Source: Nitrospinota bacterium
GTDB lineage: Bacteria > Nitrospinota > Nitrospinia > Nitrospinales > VA-1
Reading direction: 5' to 3'
NCBI GenBank assembly: GCA_009873635.1
Contig: WAHY01000003.1
Location: 141,678 to 205,677 of the forward strand
Length of the DNA: 64,000 nucleotides
Under the pieces are notes generated by a model. The model searched no databases. It was not told the DNA's origin and was given only the letters and a program-made list of their open reading frames with translations. Positions within the stretch are counted from its first letter, which is position 1. Each line of letters opens with the position of its first letter. Positions 9,594 through 18,914 of this stretch are shown one piece after another. The position numbers and the translations under genes are program-made.

Positions 9594-9608
9594 TAGGTTT
9601 AAATCCTA
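9594..9608. promoter_or_regulatory. AT-centred palindrome TAGGTTTAAATCCTA, a candidate operator upstream of paralog A
   Basis: 15-nt imperfect palindrome centred about 145 nt upstream of the ATG at 9746. Further TAGGTY half-sites occur at 9573..9578 and, inverted, around 9624..9630. The function is not demonstrated. Confidence 0.25.
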
Positions 9609-9745
9609 CCTTATAAAAGGTGTTAGACCTATATTAACGGCAGGTTCTATCTATTAAAATCTCTCGGAAAATTAGCGGTAAAGATTAAGAAATAGTCTGT
9701 TACTCGAACGAGTGTTTTTAATAAACAAAACTTAAGGAGAGGGTC

Positions 9746-10186
9746 ATGAAAAAGATTTTTGTTTTGACAGTAGCTTTCATTGCAGGTTTTGCTCTGGTTG
9801 CTAACGCAGCTGAGATCTCAACCGGTCAGACAGCAAAATGTACTGACGCAAAAAGCATCACGCTGGAAACAGCAGGTCCTGCCAGCACCTCAAGTGATAA
9901 GTATGGTTACAGCGACAACGACCGAGGTGGTGCTAACTTGAGCTTGTGGAAGTCTTCTAACTTCACCACAGTTCCAATTACATTAGGACCGAACGACAAC
10001 AACGACAGTGTTAATGGTAGCGACAATGGTAAAACAGGTCTACCTCAGAGAGGTGGAATGGGTAAACATAAAGTAACCCTCGTTTCTCAGCCAGCATTCA
10101 GCCGTGGTGACTCTATCGGCGATATCAGTGGGCTGGTTAAAATTACCAACACTGGTTTAAATCCAGTTACTGTTACCTGTAACTAA
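9746..10186 (+). CDS. Small secreted protein, tandem paralog A (no recognised family)
   Basis: 146-codon ORF. SD 'AAGGAGAG' 6 nt upstream of the ATG. Sec signal peptide 'MKKIFVLTVAFIAGFALVANA|AE'. Followed by a strong intrinsic terminator. About four-fifths identical, gap-free, to the ORF at 10609. Confidence 0.8.
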   Translation: MKKIFVLTVAFIAGFALVANAAEISTGQTAKCTDAKSITLETAGPASTSSDKYGYSDNDRGGANLSLWKSSNFTTVPITLGPNDNNDSVNGSDNGKTGLPQRGGMGKHKVTLVSQPAFSRGDSIGDISGLVKITNTGLNPVTVTCN

Positions 10187-10232
10187 GTTATAGAAGGGCT
10201 TAATTAGCGAGTTGGGCCCTTACCCTGGAAAA

Positions 10233-10264
10233 CAGCCGACCTCTCCCGGTCGGCTGTTTTTTTT
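10233..10264 (+). terminator. Rho-independent terminator of paralog A
   Basis: 9-bp GC-rich stem CAGCCGACC / GGTCGGCTG with a 6-nt loop, followed by T8. Confidence 0.8.
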
Positions 10265-10453
10265 GCCTCCATCGGTATTTGTCAGTAGATTCCTAGTTGC
10301 TGCGCTCTTTACCTCACACATATTCATCTTTCATGTCCGATTAAAAATGTTACGAGGATTTTCTCGCAAGGAAAACTCGTGGATAAATACTATTGAAGAG
10401 ACTTCTTTAAATTTTTACAGGCCCATCTCATATTTCTTATCAGTTTAGAGAAA

Positions 10454-10467
10454 CCTCTTAAATGAGG
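10454..10467. promoter_or_regulatory. Palindrome CCTCTTAAATGAGG, a candidate operator upstream of paralog B
   Basis: Perfect 4+4 inverted repeat around TTAAAT, centred about 148 nt upstream of the ATG at 10609. This is the same distance as the palindrome upstream of paralog A. Confidence 0.2.
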
Positions 10468-10608
10468 ATAAGATGCAAGACTATCAAAAAAATGGTTTTC
10501 GACTGATATTCAAAAAATATAAGGTTCATTAAACTCTCCATCAGTAATAAAAATATCTATTAGCACAGCTGAGTTGTGATTTTATAAAACAAAAACAAGG
10601 AGAGGTTT

Positions 10609-11049
10609 ATGAAAAAGATTTTCGCTTTAACAGCTATGTTTGTTGCGGGTCTCGCATTTACTGCTAATGCGGCACAGATCAGCAATGGCCAAACAGCAAA
10701 ATGTAATGATGCTAAAAGCATCACCCTGGAAGCAGCCAAAGTAGCTAACGCTTCTGCTGACAAATTTGGTTACACAGACAATGATAGGGGTAGCGCAAAC
10801 TTGAGCCTGTGGAAGTCTTCTAACTTCACCACAGTTCCTATTTCATTGGGACCGAACGACAATAATGACAGTCTTAATGGTAGCGACCACGGTAAAACAG
10901 GTCTTCCTCAAAGAGGCGGAATGGGAAAAGGAAAAGTAACCCTCATGTCTCAACCAGCATTCAGCCGTGGTGACTCTATTGGTGATATCAGTGGATTGGT
11001 TAAAATCACCAACACGGGCTCAATCCCGGTTACTGTAACCTGTAATTAA
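10609..11049 (+). CDS. Small secreted protein, tandem paralog B (no recognised family)
   Basis: 146-codon ORF. SD 'AAGGAGAG'. Signal peptide 'MKKIFALTAMFVAGLAFTANA|AQ'. Same length and same Cys positions ('AKC', 'TVTCN') as paralog A. Has its own terminator. Confidence 0.8.
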   Translation: MKKIFALTAMFVAGLAFTANAAQISNGQTAKCNDAKSITLEAAKVANASADKFGYTDNDRGSANLSLWKSSNFTTVPISLGPNDNNDSLNGSDHGKTGLPQRGGMGKGKVTLMSQPAFSRGDSIGDISGLVKITNTGSIPVTVTCN

Positions 11050-11097
11050 GAATTATTGTTTATATGAGGGTGTGATTTTTTTGCCCTTACCCTGAAA

Positions 11098-11129
11098 CAG
11101 CCGGTCTTCTCCCAAGGCCGGCTGTTTTT
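11098..11129 (+). terminator. Rho-independent terminator of paralog B
   Basis: Stem CAGCCGG / CCGGCTG around a 13-nt loop, followed by T5 C G T7. The sequence leading into it ('gcccttaccctgaaacagccg') is shared with the paralog A terminator. Confidence 0.7.
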
Positions 11130-11502
11130 CGTTTTTTTAGTATGAATTTTCATTGTTCTTTTGTGTATTCGTATCAGAAAAAAAATCCTGCATCAGAAGA
11201 GACCTGGACACATATAAAACGGTTTTACTTCAACCTTCCTGATACCCACCCGGCAATCAACCTGGCTGACTGGAAATATAAAGCTGAGTTTTCTGCTAAA
11301 GCTCCCAATACTTGTCAATGTTTGCTGTCTCAGGGAAATCATAAGGAGAAGCTTTAAGCTCCAGACGTCTGAATTTCCATCGCCAGCAGTTTAAATTAAA
11401 GTTTATAGATTGCTTGATATTGCGCTTAAATTTTCCCGATTTATTTGTTACTCTTAGCCTTCTTTCACACCATCTATAGCAATTTATTTTTAAGATAGTT
11501 AA

Positions 11503-12906
11503 ATGAGTGATTCCGTAAAAGTTCGTTTCGCGCCCAGCCCTACGGGTTTTTTACATATTGGAGGGGTGAGAACCGCTCTGTTCAACTGGTTGTATGCCAG
11601 GCACCATGGCGGAAAATTTGTATTGCGAATTGAAGATACTGACCATGAGCGTTCAACAGAAGAATCCATTGAGGAAATACTAGAGTCCATGAGATGGCTG
11701 CGTCTGGACTGGGATGAAGGCCCTTTTCGACAAACCGAGCGACAGAACCTTTATTCTGAAAAAGTCGACCAGCTTTTCAAGGAAGGCAAGGCTTACCGTT
11801 GTTACTGCTCGCAGGAGGAACTGGATAAGAAACGGAATGAAGCACAGAAAAAAGGGCTCAAACCTAAATATGATGGAACATGCAGGGAGCGTACTGAACA
11901 GCCTGAAGGAGTTCCTTCCGTTATTCGGTTCAAGGCCCCGCTGGAGGGTTCGGTGGTGGTCGAGGACCTTTTGCGCGGCAAGGTGGTCTTCGATATCGGC
12001 GAACTTGATGACCTGATTTTGCAGAGAACAGATGGTTCTCCCACTTACAACTTTGTTGTTGTGGTCGATGATGCTGATATGGGTATCACCCATGTGATAC
12101 GCGGGGACGACCATCTTTCCAATACGCCTCGACAATGTTTGTTGTATGACGCATTGAACTATCCCCGTCCCAGTTTTGCCCATATTTCTATGATACTGGG
12201 TCAGGACAAGACTCGATTGAGCAAACGGCATGGAGCAACTTCTGCGCTGGCTTATCGTGACATGGGCTATTTGCCTTCAGCGATGATCAATTATCTGGCC
12301 CGGCTGGGTTGGTCGCACGGTGACCAGGAAATTTTTTCTCGGGAAGATATGATAAAGCTTTTTTCCTTCGATTCGGTTCACACTTCAGCGGCGGTTTTTG
12401 ACCCTGATAAGCTGTCCTGGTTGAATGAACATTATATAAAAAATACTCCTCCTGAAGAGCTGGCCCTGCACCTGGAGCCATTTCTCATACACTCGGGAAT
12501 TCTTGAAAAAGGGCACGGACTGGATGCCTCTGAAATCGCAAGGGTTATCCCCTCTTTGAATCAGCGAGCAAAGACTCTGGTAGAGATGGCAGAAAAATCG
12601 GCATTCTATTTTAAAAAGAATTTAGAGTTTGATGAAAAAGCAAAAGCCAGGTTTTTGACTTCTGACTCCAGACCCTTGCTGGAAAAAACAATTGCAGGAC
12701 TTTCTGGTTTGGAAAATTTTTCCGCAGAAGAGGTCGAAGCGTTATTCAAACAAATTGTTGAAGATGAAGGGACAAAGCTGGGCAAGCTGGCGCAACCCGT
12801 CCGTGTAGCGCTCACAGGTACCACAGTAAGCCCGGGTATTTACGATGTAATACTTCTTCTTGGTAAAGAAGAGACGATTAAACGGTTAAAACAATCCCTT
12901 CCCTGA
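11503..12906 (+). CDS. gltX: Glutamate--tRNA ligase
   Basis: 467-codon ORF. Class-I HIGH motif in 'PSPTGFLHIGGVRTALFN'. KMSKS-equivalent 'RLSKRHG'. Typical length. Confidence 0.95.
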   Translation: MSDSVKVRFAPSPTGFLHIGGVRTALFNWLYARHHGGKFVLRIEDTDHERSTEESIEEILESMRWLRLDWDEGPFRQTERQNLYSEKVDQLFKEGKAYRCYCSQEELDKKRNEAQKKGLKPKYDGTCRERTEQPEGVPSVIRFKAPLEGSVVVEDLLRGKVVFDIGELDDLILQRTDGSPTYNFVVVVDDADMGITHVIRGDDHLSNTPRQCLLYDALNYPRPSFAHISMILGQDKTRLSKRHGATSALAYRDMGYLPSAMINYLARLGWSHGDQEIFSREDMIKLFSFDSVHTSAAVFDPDKLSWLNEHYIKNTPPEELALHLEPFLIHSGILEKGHGLDASEIARVIPSLNQRAKTLVEMAEKSAFYFKKNLEFDEKAKARFLTSDSRPLLEKTIAGLSGLENFSAEEVEALFKQIVEDEGTKLGKLAQPVRVALTGTTVSPGIYDVILLLGKEETIKRLKQSLP

Positions 12907-12928
12907 ACTGGATGGTAGCCCCTTTTAT

Positions 12929-14884
12929 CTAATTGATCATTTCCCCGATGTCGCGGACCTTCACTTGTTCCTCAAGGCCTTTGGCTTTCACCGCATCTTC
13001 AAGCATCAACACACAGTAAGGGCAGGAGACGGCGATGGTGTCCGGGTTGGAGACCATTAACTCATCCAGTCTATGATGGCTCATACGGGAGCCGGTGTTT
13101 TCTTCGAGCAGGAACCGGGCGCCACCCGCTCCGCAACAGGTTCCGTTTTCGCGGCTTTGTTCAACTTCCCGGGCATTTTGCAACACATTACGTGGAGCAT
13201 TGTAGACACCATTATGTCGTCCCAGATAGCAGGAGTCATGCATCACTACATTGGAGTCGGTATTTCCTTCTTTAGAGATTTTCCCTTCATCGATCAGTTT
13301 TTCCAGTAATTCAGAGTGATGAATCACTTCCAGGTTCACCCCAAAATCAGGATACTCGTTTTTAAGTGAATTAAGACAATGCGGACAATGCGTTATGATT
13401 TTCAGCACGTTTTGTTGCTTGAAGGTTTCTGCGTTCTGGCTGGCAAGCATATCGAACAGGTATTCGTTTCCGGCCCTCCTTGCGGGGTCACCTGTGCATC
13501 CTTCACCGTTGCCAAGTATGGAAAAGCTGACTCCAGCTTTCCTCAGAGTTTTGACTACTGATTCAGAAACTTGTTTTCCTCGCGTATCAAAAGATCCGTT
13601 ACATCCGATGAAATACAAAAACTCGGTAGGATTGGCTTTGTCCCAGACTGGGATCTCTAATTCCCTGGCCCAGTCGGCACGTGAGTTTTTAGGAAATCCC
13701 CATGGGTTGGATTGAGTTTCCAATGATTTAAAAGCGGTTTCGAATTCTTTGGGGTAACGGTCTTCCGTCAGCACAAGTCCCCGCCTCAGGTCGATCACTT
13801 TATTGACGTATTCTATCGTTACGGGACAGGCGGACTCGCAAGCCCCGCATGTGGTGCAGGACCATAGCACCTCGTCCTCAATGGTATCTCCAAGCAGAGT
13901 CATATCGGAATCCTGGGAGCTGTTAAGATGGTCCCTCAGGTTCACGGTTAATTGCTGGGGCGAAAGAGGTTTGTTGGTTGCCAGCGCCGGGCAAACCCTG
14001 TCGCATCGTCCACACTGAGTGCAAGTATGCAGATCCAGCATTTGCTTCCAGGTAAAACTGCCTGTTTCTGTAACGCCAAAGGTTTCTTTTGTTTCATCCT
14101 CAAAATCGATCCGTCGCAAACCGTTTCCTGATTTTAAATTGGACAGAAAAACATTTGGAATGGCGGTTAGTATATGAAAGTGCTTGCTTCGCGGGAGGAG
14201 CGTTATGAAAAACAGAATGACAGAAACGTGCGTCCAGTAAGCCAGGCTATGGAGGTGTCCGACCATATCTTTTCCAGCCAAACCAATCATTGGAGCGAAA
14301 ATTGCTGCCAGAGGGCCTGATTGTTCAATGTCCGGGTTAAGCACCAGAAAGGCAGAGTCGAACAAAACATCGCTTGCCAGAATGGCTAATATCAGGCCAA
14401 GAATAACCAGTCCTTCTGTGGACAGGGTAAGCCGGTCAGGTTTAATCACCAGCCTGCGGTATAAGGCATATAAAACTCCAATTGTGATCATGAGAACGGC
14501 TAAGTCCTTAACCCATAAATAGGGAAGAACGAAGGGGGCCGTGAAAGAAAAGTGTGACTCAATATTTGGGAAAAAGCCTATGAAAAAGAATTCTCCAGCA
14601 CGTAGAAGAAGAATCAGGAATCCCCAGAAAATCAGGGCGTGCATCCAGCCAGCTTTAGCTTCTTTAAAGAGTCGGGATTGCCCAAATGCAATTTTAAGAG
14701 TTTTGAAAAATCGTTTTATAGGTTGATCTGTACGGTTTTCTTTCTCTGCGTTCAGCATGAGGCTCAGTTTTGGCCATGCACTCAAGACGAACACAGTCAA
14801 TGAAAAAATTATTAAAACAAGCAGCAACCAGGGTTGCAGATGTGGGGGAACCCATTCAAACGCACGGTTAATATGTTTATCCAT
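12929..14884 (-). CDS. Membrane-anchored Fe-S oxidoreductase (HdrD/GlpC-like, two 4Fe-4S motifs plus CCG domains)
   Basis: 651-codon ORF. The N-terminal ~240 aa are hydrophobic with conserved His ('WMHALIFWGF', 'SKHFHILTAIPN'). Ferredoxin motifs 'CTQCGRCDRVCP' and 'CTTCGACESACP'. C-terminal Cys-rich repeats ('FIGCNGSF', 'HCPHC', 'DSCYLGRH', 'CCGAGG', 'SCPYC'). Confidence 0.8.
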   Translation of the reverse strand: MDKHINRAFEWVPPHLQPWLLLVLIIFSLTVFVLSAWPKLSLMLNAEKENRTDQPIKRFFKTLKIAFGQSRLFKEAKAGWMHALIFWGFLILLLRAGEFFFIGFFPNIESHFSFTAPFVLPYLWVKDLAVLMITIGVLYALYRRLVIKPDRLTLSTEGLVILGLILAILASDVLFDSAFLVLNPDIEQSGPLAAIFAPMIGLAGKDMVGHLHSLAYWTHVSVILFFITLLPRSKHFHILTAIPNVFLSNLKSGNGLRRIDFEDETKETFGVTETGSFTWKQMLDLHTCTQCGRCDRVCPALATNKPLSPQQLTVNLRDHLNSSQDSDMTLLGDTIEDEVLWSCTTCGACESACPVTIEYVNKVIDLRRGLVLTEDRYPKEFETAFKSLETQSNPWGFPKNSRADWARELEIPVWDKANPTEFLYFIGCNGSFDTRGKQVSESVVKTLRKAGVSFSILGNGEGCTGDPARRAGNEYLFDMLASQNAETFKQQNVLKIITHCPHCLNSLKNEYPDFGVNLEVIHHSELLEKLIDEGKISKEGNTDSNVVMHDSCYLGRHNGVYNAPRNVLQNAREVEQSRENGTCCGAGGARFLLEENTGSRMSHHRLDELMVSNPDTIAVSCPYCVLMLEDAVKAKGLEEQVKVRDIGEMIN

Positions 14885-15065
14885 AAACGGTATATTTCTA
14901 TAATTGTAAAATGTTTATCTACAAGGTATTTTTAAATCTCACGGCTTCGTGCCAGATGTTAGATTATTGTTTTTATGTGCTAATTGCTATTTTATTCGTA
15001 GCGTTGGTAATATATAATTATAAAGTAGGGCATTATCTCTTATTCCTAACTTATTTGGGAGGTTT

Positions 15066-15932
15066 TTGATCTTGCTGAAACTTATGGGTTATAGGGTTCT
15101 GCTATCTTTGGCTATGGGAGTCTTGTTTCCGATCACTGTGATTGCAGTTCCTATTCAGGATGAACTTGATAGAAATCAGGCAGGGAACCACCCTGGGGTT
15201 TACCCTGAATGGCAAGGGACACCCCCGGTATATAAGGATCTGCATCCTAATCTAACTGATGGTATAAACGAGCCTCACCCATTACCATCCCAGGTTAAAC
15301 GGGATATTTATACTCAGTTGCTGAGAGTTGAGCCGGTGGACCAGGTTCAAAGCAAGGTGTTTAACTCTGATAAGTTTAATCGCCTCCAAAGGATAGGGGT
15401 GTTGGGCTTTGAGAATAAAACCTTTGCCCCTTTTGAAGACAGGGCTGCGGGGAATATTGTTTCCAGGCAGCTATATCATGAATTGAAAAACAACAAAAGC
15501 TACTCAAACATCATTCCGCCTCAGCTAATGGAAGATGCACGACTTAAAATTGTCAAGTCTCCGGGTTCTTCATCAGGTCAAAACATGACAGATGGTGATG
15601 AGGCAACACCCTTGGTTTCGGCGGATAAAGTTGATGCTGTGATGGTTGGGGCTGTTTCAAAATATACTGACAAATATATAGACCGATCTGGGAAAATTAA
15701 GAAAAGTATAGCTAGCGGCTTGGAATTTACTGCATTTTTGGTGGATCCCCGAACCCGCGAGGTTCTATGGGGTGCCCGTTTTGTAGGGCGGCAGCGGCCG
15801 GGATTTCAACACTTCGGCCAACATAAAGGGAGATGGCAAAATAAGGAAGACTTCACCCGCTCAGCTATGAAATATGTGTTGAAAGAATTTAGAGATAGAC
15901 CCGTAAACAATATAAAACATCCAGTTCAATGA
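15066..15932 (+). CDS. Hypothetical exported protein
   Basis: 288-codon ORF (TTG start; an ATG alternative is at 15084) with an N-terminal hydrophobic segment 'LLSLAMGVLFPITVIAVP'. Its stop overlaps the next ORF's start by 4 nt. No family recognised. Confidence 0.6.
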   Translation: MILLKLMGYRVLLSLAMGVLFPITVIAVPIQDELDRNQAGNHPGVYPEWQGTPPVYKDLHPNLTDGINEPHPLPSQVKRDIYTQLLRVEPVDQVQSKVFNSDKFNRLQRIGVLGFENKTFAPFEDRAAGNIVSRQLYHELKNNKSYSNIIPPQLMEDARLKIVKSPGSSSGQNMTDGDEATPLVSADKVDAVMVGAVSKYTDKYIDRSGKIKKSIASGLEFTAFLVDPRTREVLWGARFVGRQRPGFQHFGQHKGRWQNKEDFTRSAMKYVLKEFRDRPVNNIKHPVQ

Positions 15933-16708
15933 ATGATCCGTTTAGTGGAACCACGCAACATGATCCCGGGATAGATAAGAAAAAGAAGCTCTGGCGCAAT
16001 CTTTTTCTGCTCAATCTCTGTGTTTCCTTGCTTTTAATTGGAATTTTCTGGTTACCTTCAAAGTTGGAGCAGGTGGGCGATTTCCTAGATTCTCCCAGTG
16101 TTAACCTTCCCGAAGAAGGTACCATTGCTAAAAAACCTGAGGAAAAAATTGAACCTGCCCCGAAACCCACCAACTTGTTATCAACCCAGGTGACCACGAT
16201 CAACGCGTCTTCCGAAAAAGATTATGTGTATTTTGATTTTTCCAGCGGAAAGCCTGTCCGGATCCTGGATACGTCATCACTGGAATGGGACCTGGCATTC
16301 CGACGGGGTAAGGTGATCTCTAATGGTGGCGCTTCCAGCAAGTTGGGAAAAGCCGGACTCATTGATCTGGGAGAAGTTGAATTTGATGGAATCGCCGAGG
16401 TCCCTCTGGATAACTATATCAAGGATGTGGCAGCAGATACCGAGACTGAAAATCCGGTTCTGGAAAAATGGTACAATTACAATTATTTCACCCACAAGTT
16501 GACAGCTAAAAAGAACAGCTATGCAGTAAGGACGGCGGATGGAAAATTTGCCAAGTTCCAGTTTTTGAGCTTCTATTGCGATAATAAAGAGGCTGGGTGT
16601 GTAAAAATACGTTATGTTTACCAGGATAACGGTTCAAATAGCTTTTTAAGGAAAGGTGGTAGTTTGGTAGCAACGTCCTCTGTGCCGGAAACTAATAACA
16701 CCTTCTAG
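15929..16708 (+). CDS. HmuY-like domain membrane-anchored protein
   Basis: 259-codon ORF. One TM segment ('LFLLNLCVSLLLIGIFWL'). 'DYVYFDFSSGKPV...EWDLAFRRGKVISNGG...YAVRTADGKFAKFQFLSFYC' resembles the HmuY-family pattern (WD[IL]AF, then a beta-rich C-terminus). Confidence 0.5.
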   Translation: MNDPFSGTTQHDPGIDKKKKLWRNLFLLNLCVSLLLIGIFWLPSKLEQVGDFLDSPSVNLPEEGTIAKKPEEKIEPAPKPTNLLSTQVTTINASSEKDYVYFDFSSGKPVRILDTSSLEWDLAFRRGKVISNGGASSKLGKAGLIDLGEVEFDGIAEVPLDNYIKDVAADTETENPVLEKWYNYNYFTHKLTAKKNSYAVRTADGKFAKFQFLSFYCDNKEAGCVKIRYVYQDNGSNSFLRKGGSLVATSSVPETNNTF

Positions 16709-16852
16709 ATAACTGCAATTTTTTAGTTATTGATACCGCTCTTCCCAAACACGGTTTTTTCTGCTAAAAATATACTTTGCGTGTTATTTGGGTAGAAAGA
16801 ATTTTATAGAACAATTAGACTTTGATAAAAAAAATGGATTTGGAGAAAATGG

Positions 16853-17437
16853 ATGCCGACTTTAAAAGGTTTATTATTCAATCAATTTGCTGCTGAGGGC
16901 CTGACTGCCCTGGTTGAAGAAATGCAGTCCAGTTATACCGCGAAAAAAGGACGCAGATTTAACCATAATAATATCACTTATGAAATCAGCCGACCTGCCC
17001 TTAAAAGCAATGCTATCGAATTTGAGATCAGCTCAAAAATTCCGGAGGATGAACTAAAATCTCCCAAGGAAATGCAATCCTATTTTGATCAGATGAAAAA
17101 AATCCTGGAAAAAAGCAAGAACAAACCAGTATCTATCGAAAGGGAGAATATTGTCTGGGATTCAAAAAAAGAAACTGAAAAAAAGCGGGACTATGTAAAG
17201 CTTCAATATCGATATGCCCTGGATGATTTGTTCGATAATACGGTCGTGTCGAAACGATACGAAAAAGCTATGAGTGGCCATGCAGACCCATCTATACCTG
17301 ATTCTCCCAGTGCTTTTACAAAAGCTGGCAAGGTTGTTTTAGGTGTGGTCAGTGAAACCATGCAACAATTGAGTAAAGAAAGCTTGATCGAACTGATGGA
17401 TGTAAATAAAAAAGTAAAGTCCTCATTGAAGGGCTGA
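16853..17437 (+). CDS. Hypothetical protein (Lys/Glu-rich, soluble)
   Basis: 194-codon ORF with coding-like composition. No motif recognised. Confidence 0.5.
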   Translation: MPTLKGLLFNQFAAEGLTALVEEMQSSYTAKKGRRFNHNNITYEISRPALKSNAIEFEISSKIPEDELKSPKEMQSYFDQMKKILEKSKNKPVSIERENIVWDSKKETEKKRDYVKLQYRYALDDLFDNTVVSKRYEKAMSGHADPSIPDSPSAFTKAGKVVLGVVSETMQQLSKESLIELMDVNKKVKSSLKG

Positions 17438-17441
17438 GTCG

Positions 17442-17621
17442 ATGAGTCCCATCAAATACTATCTAGGCAGGGCTCTGCAGTTGATAGGTCTTGCCACCAT
17501 CACAGCAGTGGTTCTCATGTTTTTTTCTCAGATGAGCATGGAGCCTCTTTTGATGTGGTCGTTGATCGGTGCTTCAGAATTTTATGGTGGTACCTGGTTG
17601 TTAGGCAAACAGGAAGGATGA
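17442..17621 (+). CDS. Small two-TM membrane protein (59 aa, below the ORF-track cut-off)
   Basis: The ATG lies 4 nt after the upstream stop. Hand translation: 'MSPIKYYLGRALQLIGLATITAVVLMFFSQMSMEPLLMWSLIGASEFYGGTWLLGKQEG', with two hydrophobic spans. Confidence 0.4.
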   Translation: MSPIKYYLGRALQLIGLATITAVVLMFFSQMSMEPLLMWSLIGASEFYGGTWLLGKQEG

Positions 17622-17675
17622 TATGCCTTTCCTTCCAATAGTAAAGTAGTCTCCCCTTAAGCATATATAGCTCCT

Positions 17676-18389
17676 GTGAAAACGATTCTAGAACAACCTG
17701 GTTTTCTGGCTCCTTCGGGAACGATAGGGGCAGATATTAGTTACCTGTTAGCTCTGATTTTTACAATCCTGTTTCTTGTGGCCTGGAGGATGGCCAAAAA
17801 AGCAGAGGGAACCCGGCACCATAAGCTTATTTTGGTCTCCATGGTGGCGATGATAGTTTATTTCGTTGCCTACTATTACGCCAGAAGCCTGGGCGTTCTC
17901 TCATTTGAGGGACGGGAGGGTTTTGGCGGCCCAGATGATGTCTATGAGAACATATTTGTCCCGGTTTTAACCACCCACCTTATTCTCGTTACCTTGGGGA
18001 TGATTCTCGCCTTTTATATGATTTCGCAAGGGTTTCGTGCCAGTGAGAAGACAGGCGTTGACTATCACCTGAAATCCGGGGATTTAAAAATGAAACCCCG
18101 GACATTTAAGATTGTATTATTCACCATTTTAGGTTGTTGGGCTCTGGTTCAGACCTTACTCTTGATAACCAGGGAGAACCCGTTTGGGGCCAGTGTAGCG
18201 TATGGATTGATTTTTTTGACCGTTGCCCTGGTTGCGAGTATTGAGAAATTAATCGAGAAATTGCTGCCAGATGGAGCGAGACGGCATCGGGTTTTGGGGC
18301 GTGCCACCATGGTCATTTATGCCCTGATTCTGGTAACCAGTACCGCCACCTATCTCATGCTATATTTCATATATCCCCTCAAACATTGA
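17676..18389 (+). CDS. DUF420-like multi-pass membrane protein
   Basis: 237-codon ORF (GTG start) with about 6 hydrophobic helices. The 'RHHK' loop after the first helix pair is reminiscent of DUF420/YozB-type proteins. The assignment is tentative. Confidence 0.5.
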   Translation: MKTILEQPGFLAPSGTIGADISYLLALIFTILFLVAWRMAKKAEGTRHHKLILVSMVAMIVYFVAYYYARSLGVLSFEGREGFGGPDDVYENIFVPVLTTHLILVTLGMILAFYMISQGFRASEKTGVDYHLKSGDLKMKPRTFKIVLFTILGCWALVQTLLLITRENPFGASVAYGLIFLTVALVASIEKLIEKLLPDGARRHRVLGRATMVIYALILVTSTATYLMLYFIYPLKH

Positions 18390-18521
18390 AGAAACTGAGG
18401 GGGGAGGATATATAAGAGTTTGGTTTAAACGGAAAAAATGTCTGCCTGAATCTGGGAAATCTATAAAATATAGGGGTTTTACCCTTGACACCCCATGATT
18501 TACCTGATAAATTTTGCGCAA

Positions 18522-18629
18522 TTAAATGACTTCGAAGTACATAAGAAGGAGGTATAAGGCTGTCAGTCCGTTAACACCGAGGCCGATGTAAACGATGGTG
18601 TCGAAAATTTTCCCGTCTTTGCTAGCCAT
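18522..18629 (-). CDS. Micro-ORF, 35-aa single-pass membrane peptide
   Basis: Hand translation: 'MASKDGKIFDTIVYIGLGVNGLTALYLLLMYFEVI'. SD 'GAGG' 8 nt upstream. Divergent from the next two micro-ORFs. Confidence 0.4.
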   Translation of the reverse strand: MASKDGKIFDTIVYIGLGVNGLTALYLLLMYFEVI

Positions 18630-18755
18630 AATAATCCTCTAAAAGATAGTTTTTTTCTTTGAAATAAAAGAAATATACCCTATCATTCAGATTTTAAAAC
18701 TGTCAAGAATAAACTTTTTGAATAAAAAATTAATTTAATTTTTCCGGAGCAAACA

Positions 18756-18860
18756 ATGGATATAGAAAAGATTAAGGAAAAAGCAGGACCCCTGATTTAT
18801 ATTGGAACCGTTATTTTCTCTTTATGGTTCTTCTATTGGTTTGCGTCCGTTTGGCGGTAA
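18756..18860 (+). CDS. Micro-ORF, 34-aa single-pass membrane peptide
   Basis: Hand translation: 'MDIEKIKEKAGPLIYIGTVIFSLWFFYWFASVWR'. SD 'GGAG' 6 nt upstream of the ATG. Confidence 0.4.
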   Translation: MDIEKIKEKAGPLIYIGTVIFSLWFFYWFASVWR

Positions 18861-18914
18861 TCGGTTGGAAATAGGAATCCAATATTTAATTTTTTTGGGG
18901 GAGTTTAAGGAAAT

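Noticed and set aside
10212-10448. A 78-aa ORF (TTG start) between the two secreted-protein paralogs.
   Set aside because: It starts inside the paralog A terminator hairpin, has no SD, and has an odd Phe/Leu/Ser-rich composition. It is more likely non-coding promoter DNA for paralog B.
11142-11357. A 71-aa ORF downstream of paralog B.
   Set aside because: No SD, no motif, and Cys/His/Tyr-rich composition. I could not support it as a gene and left it unannotated.
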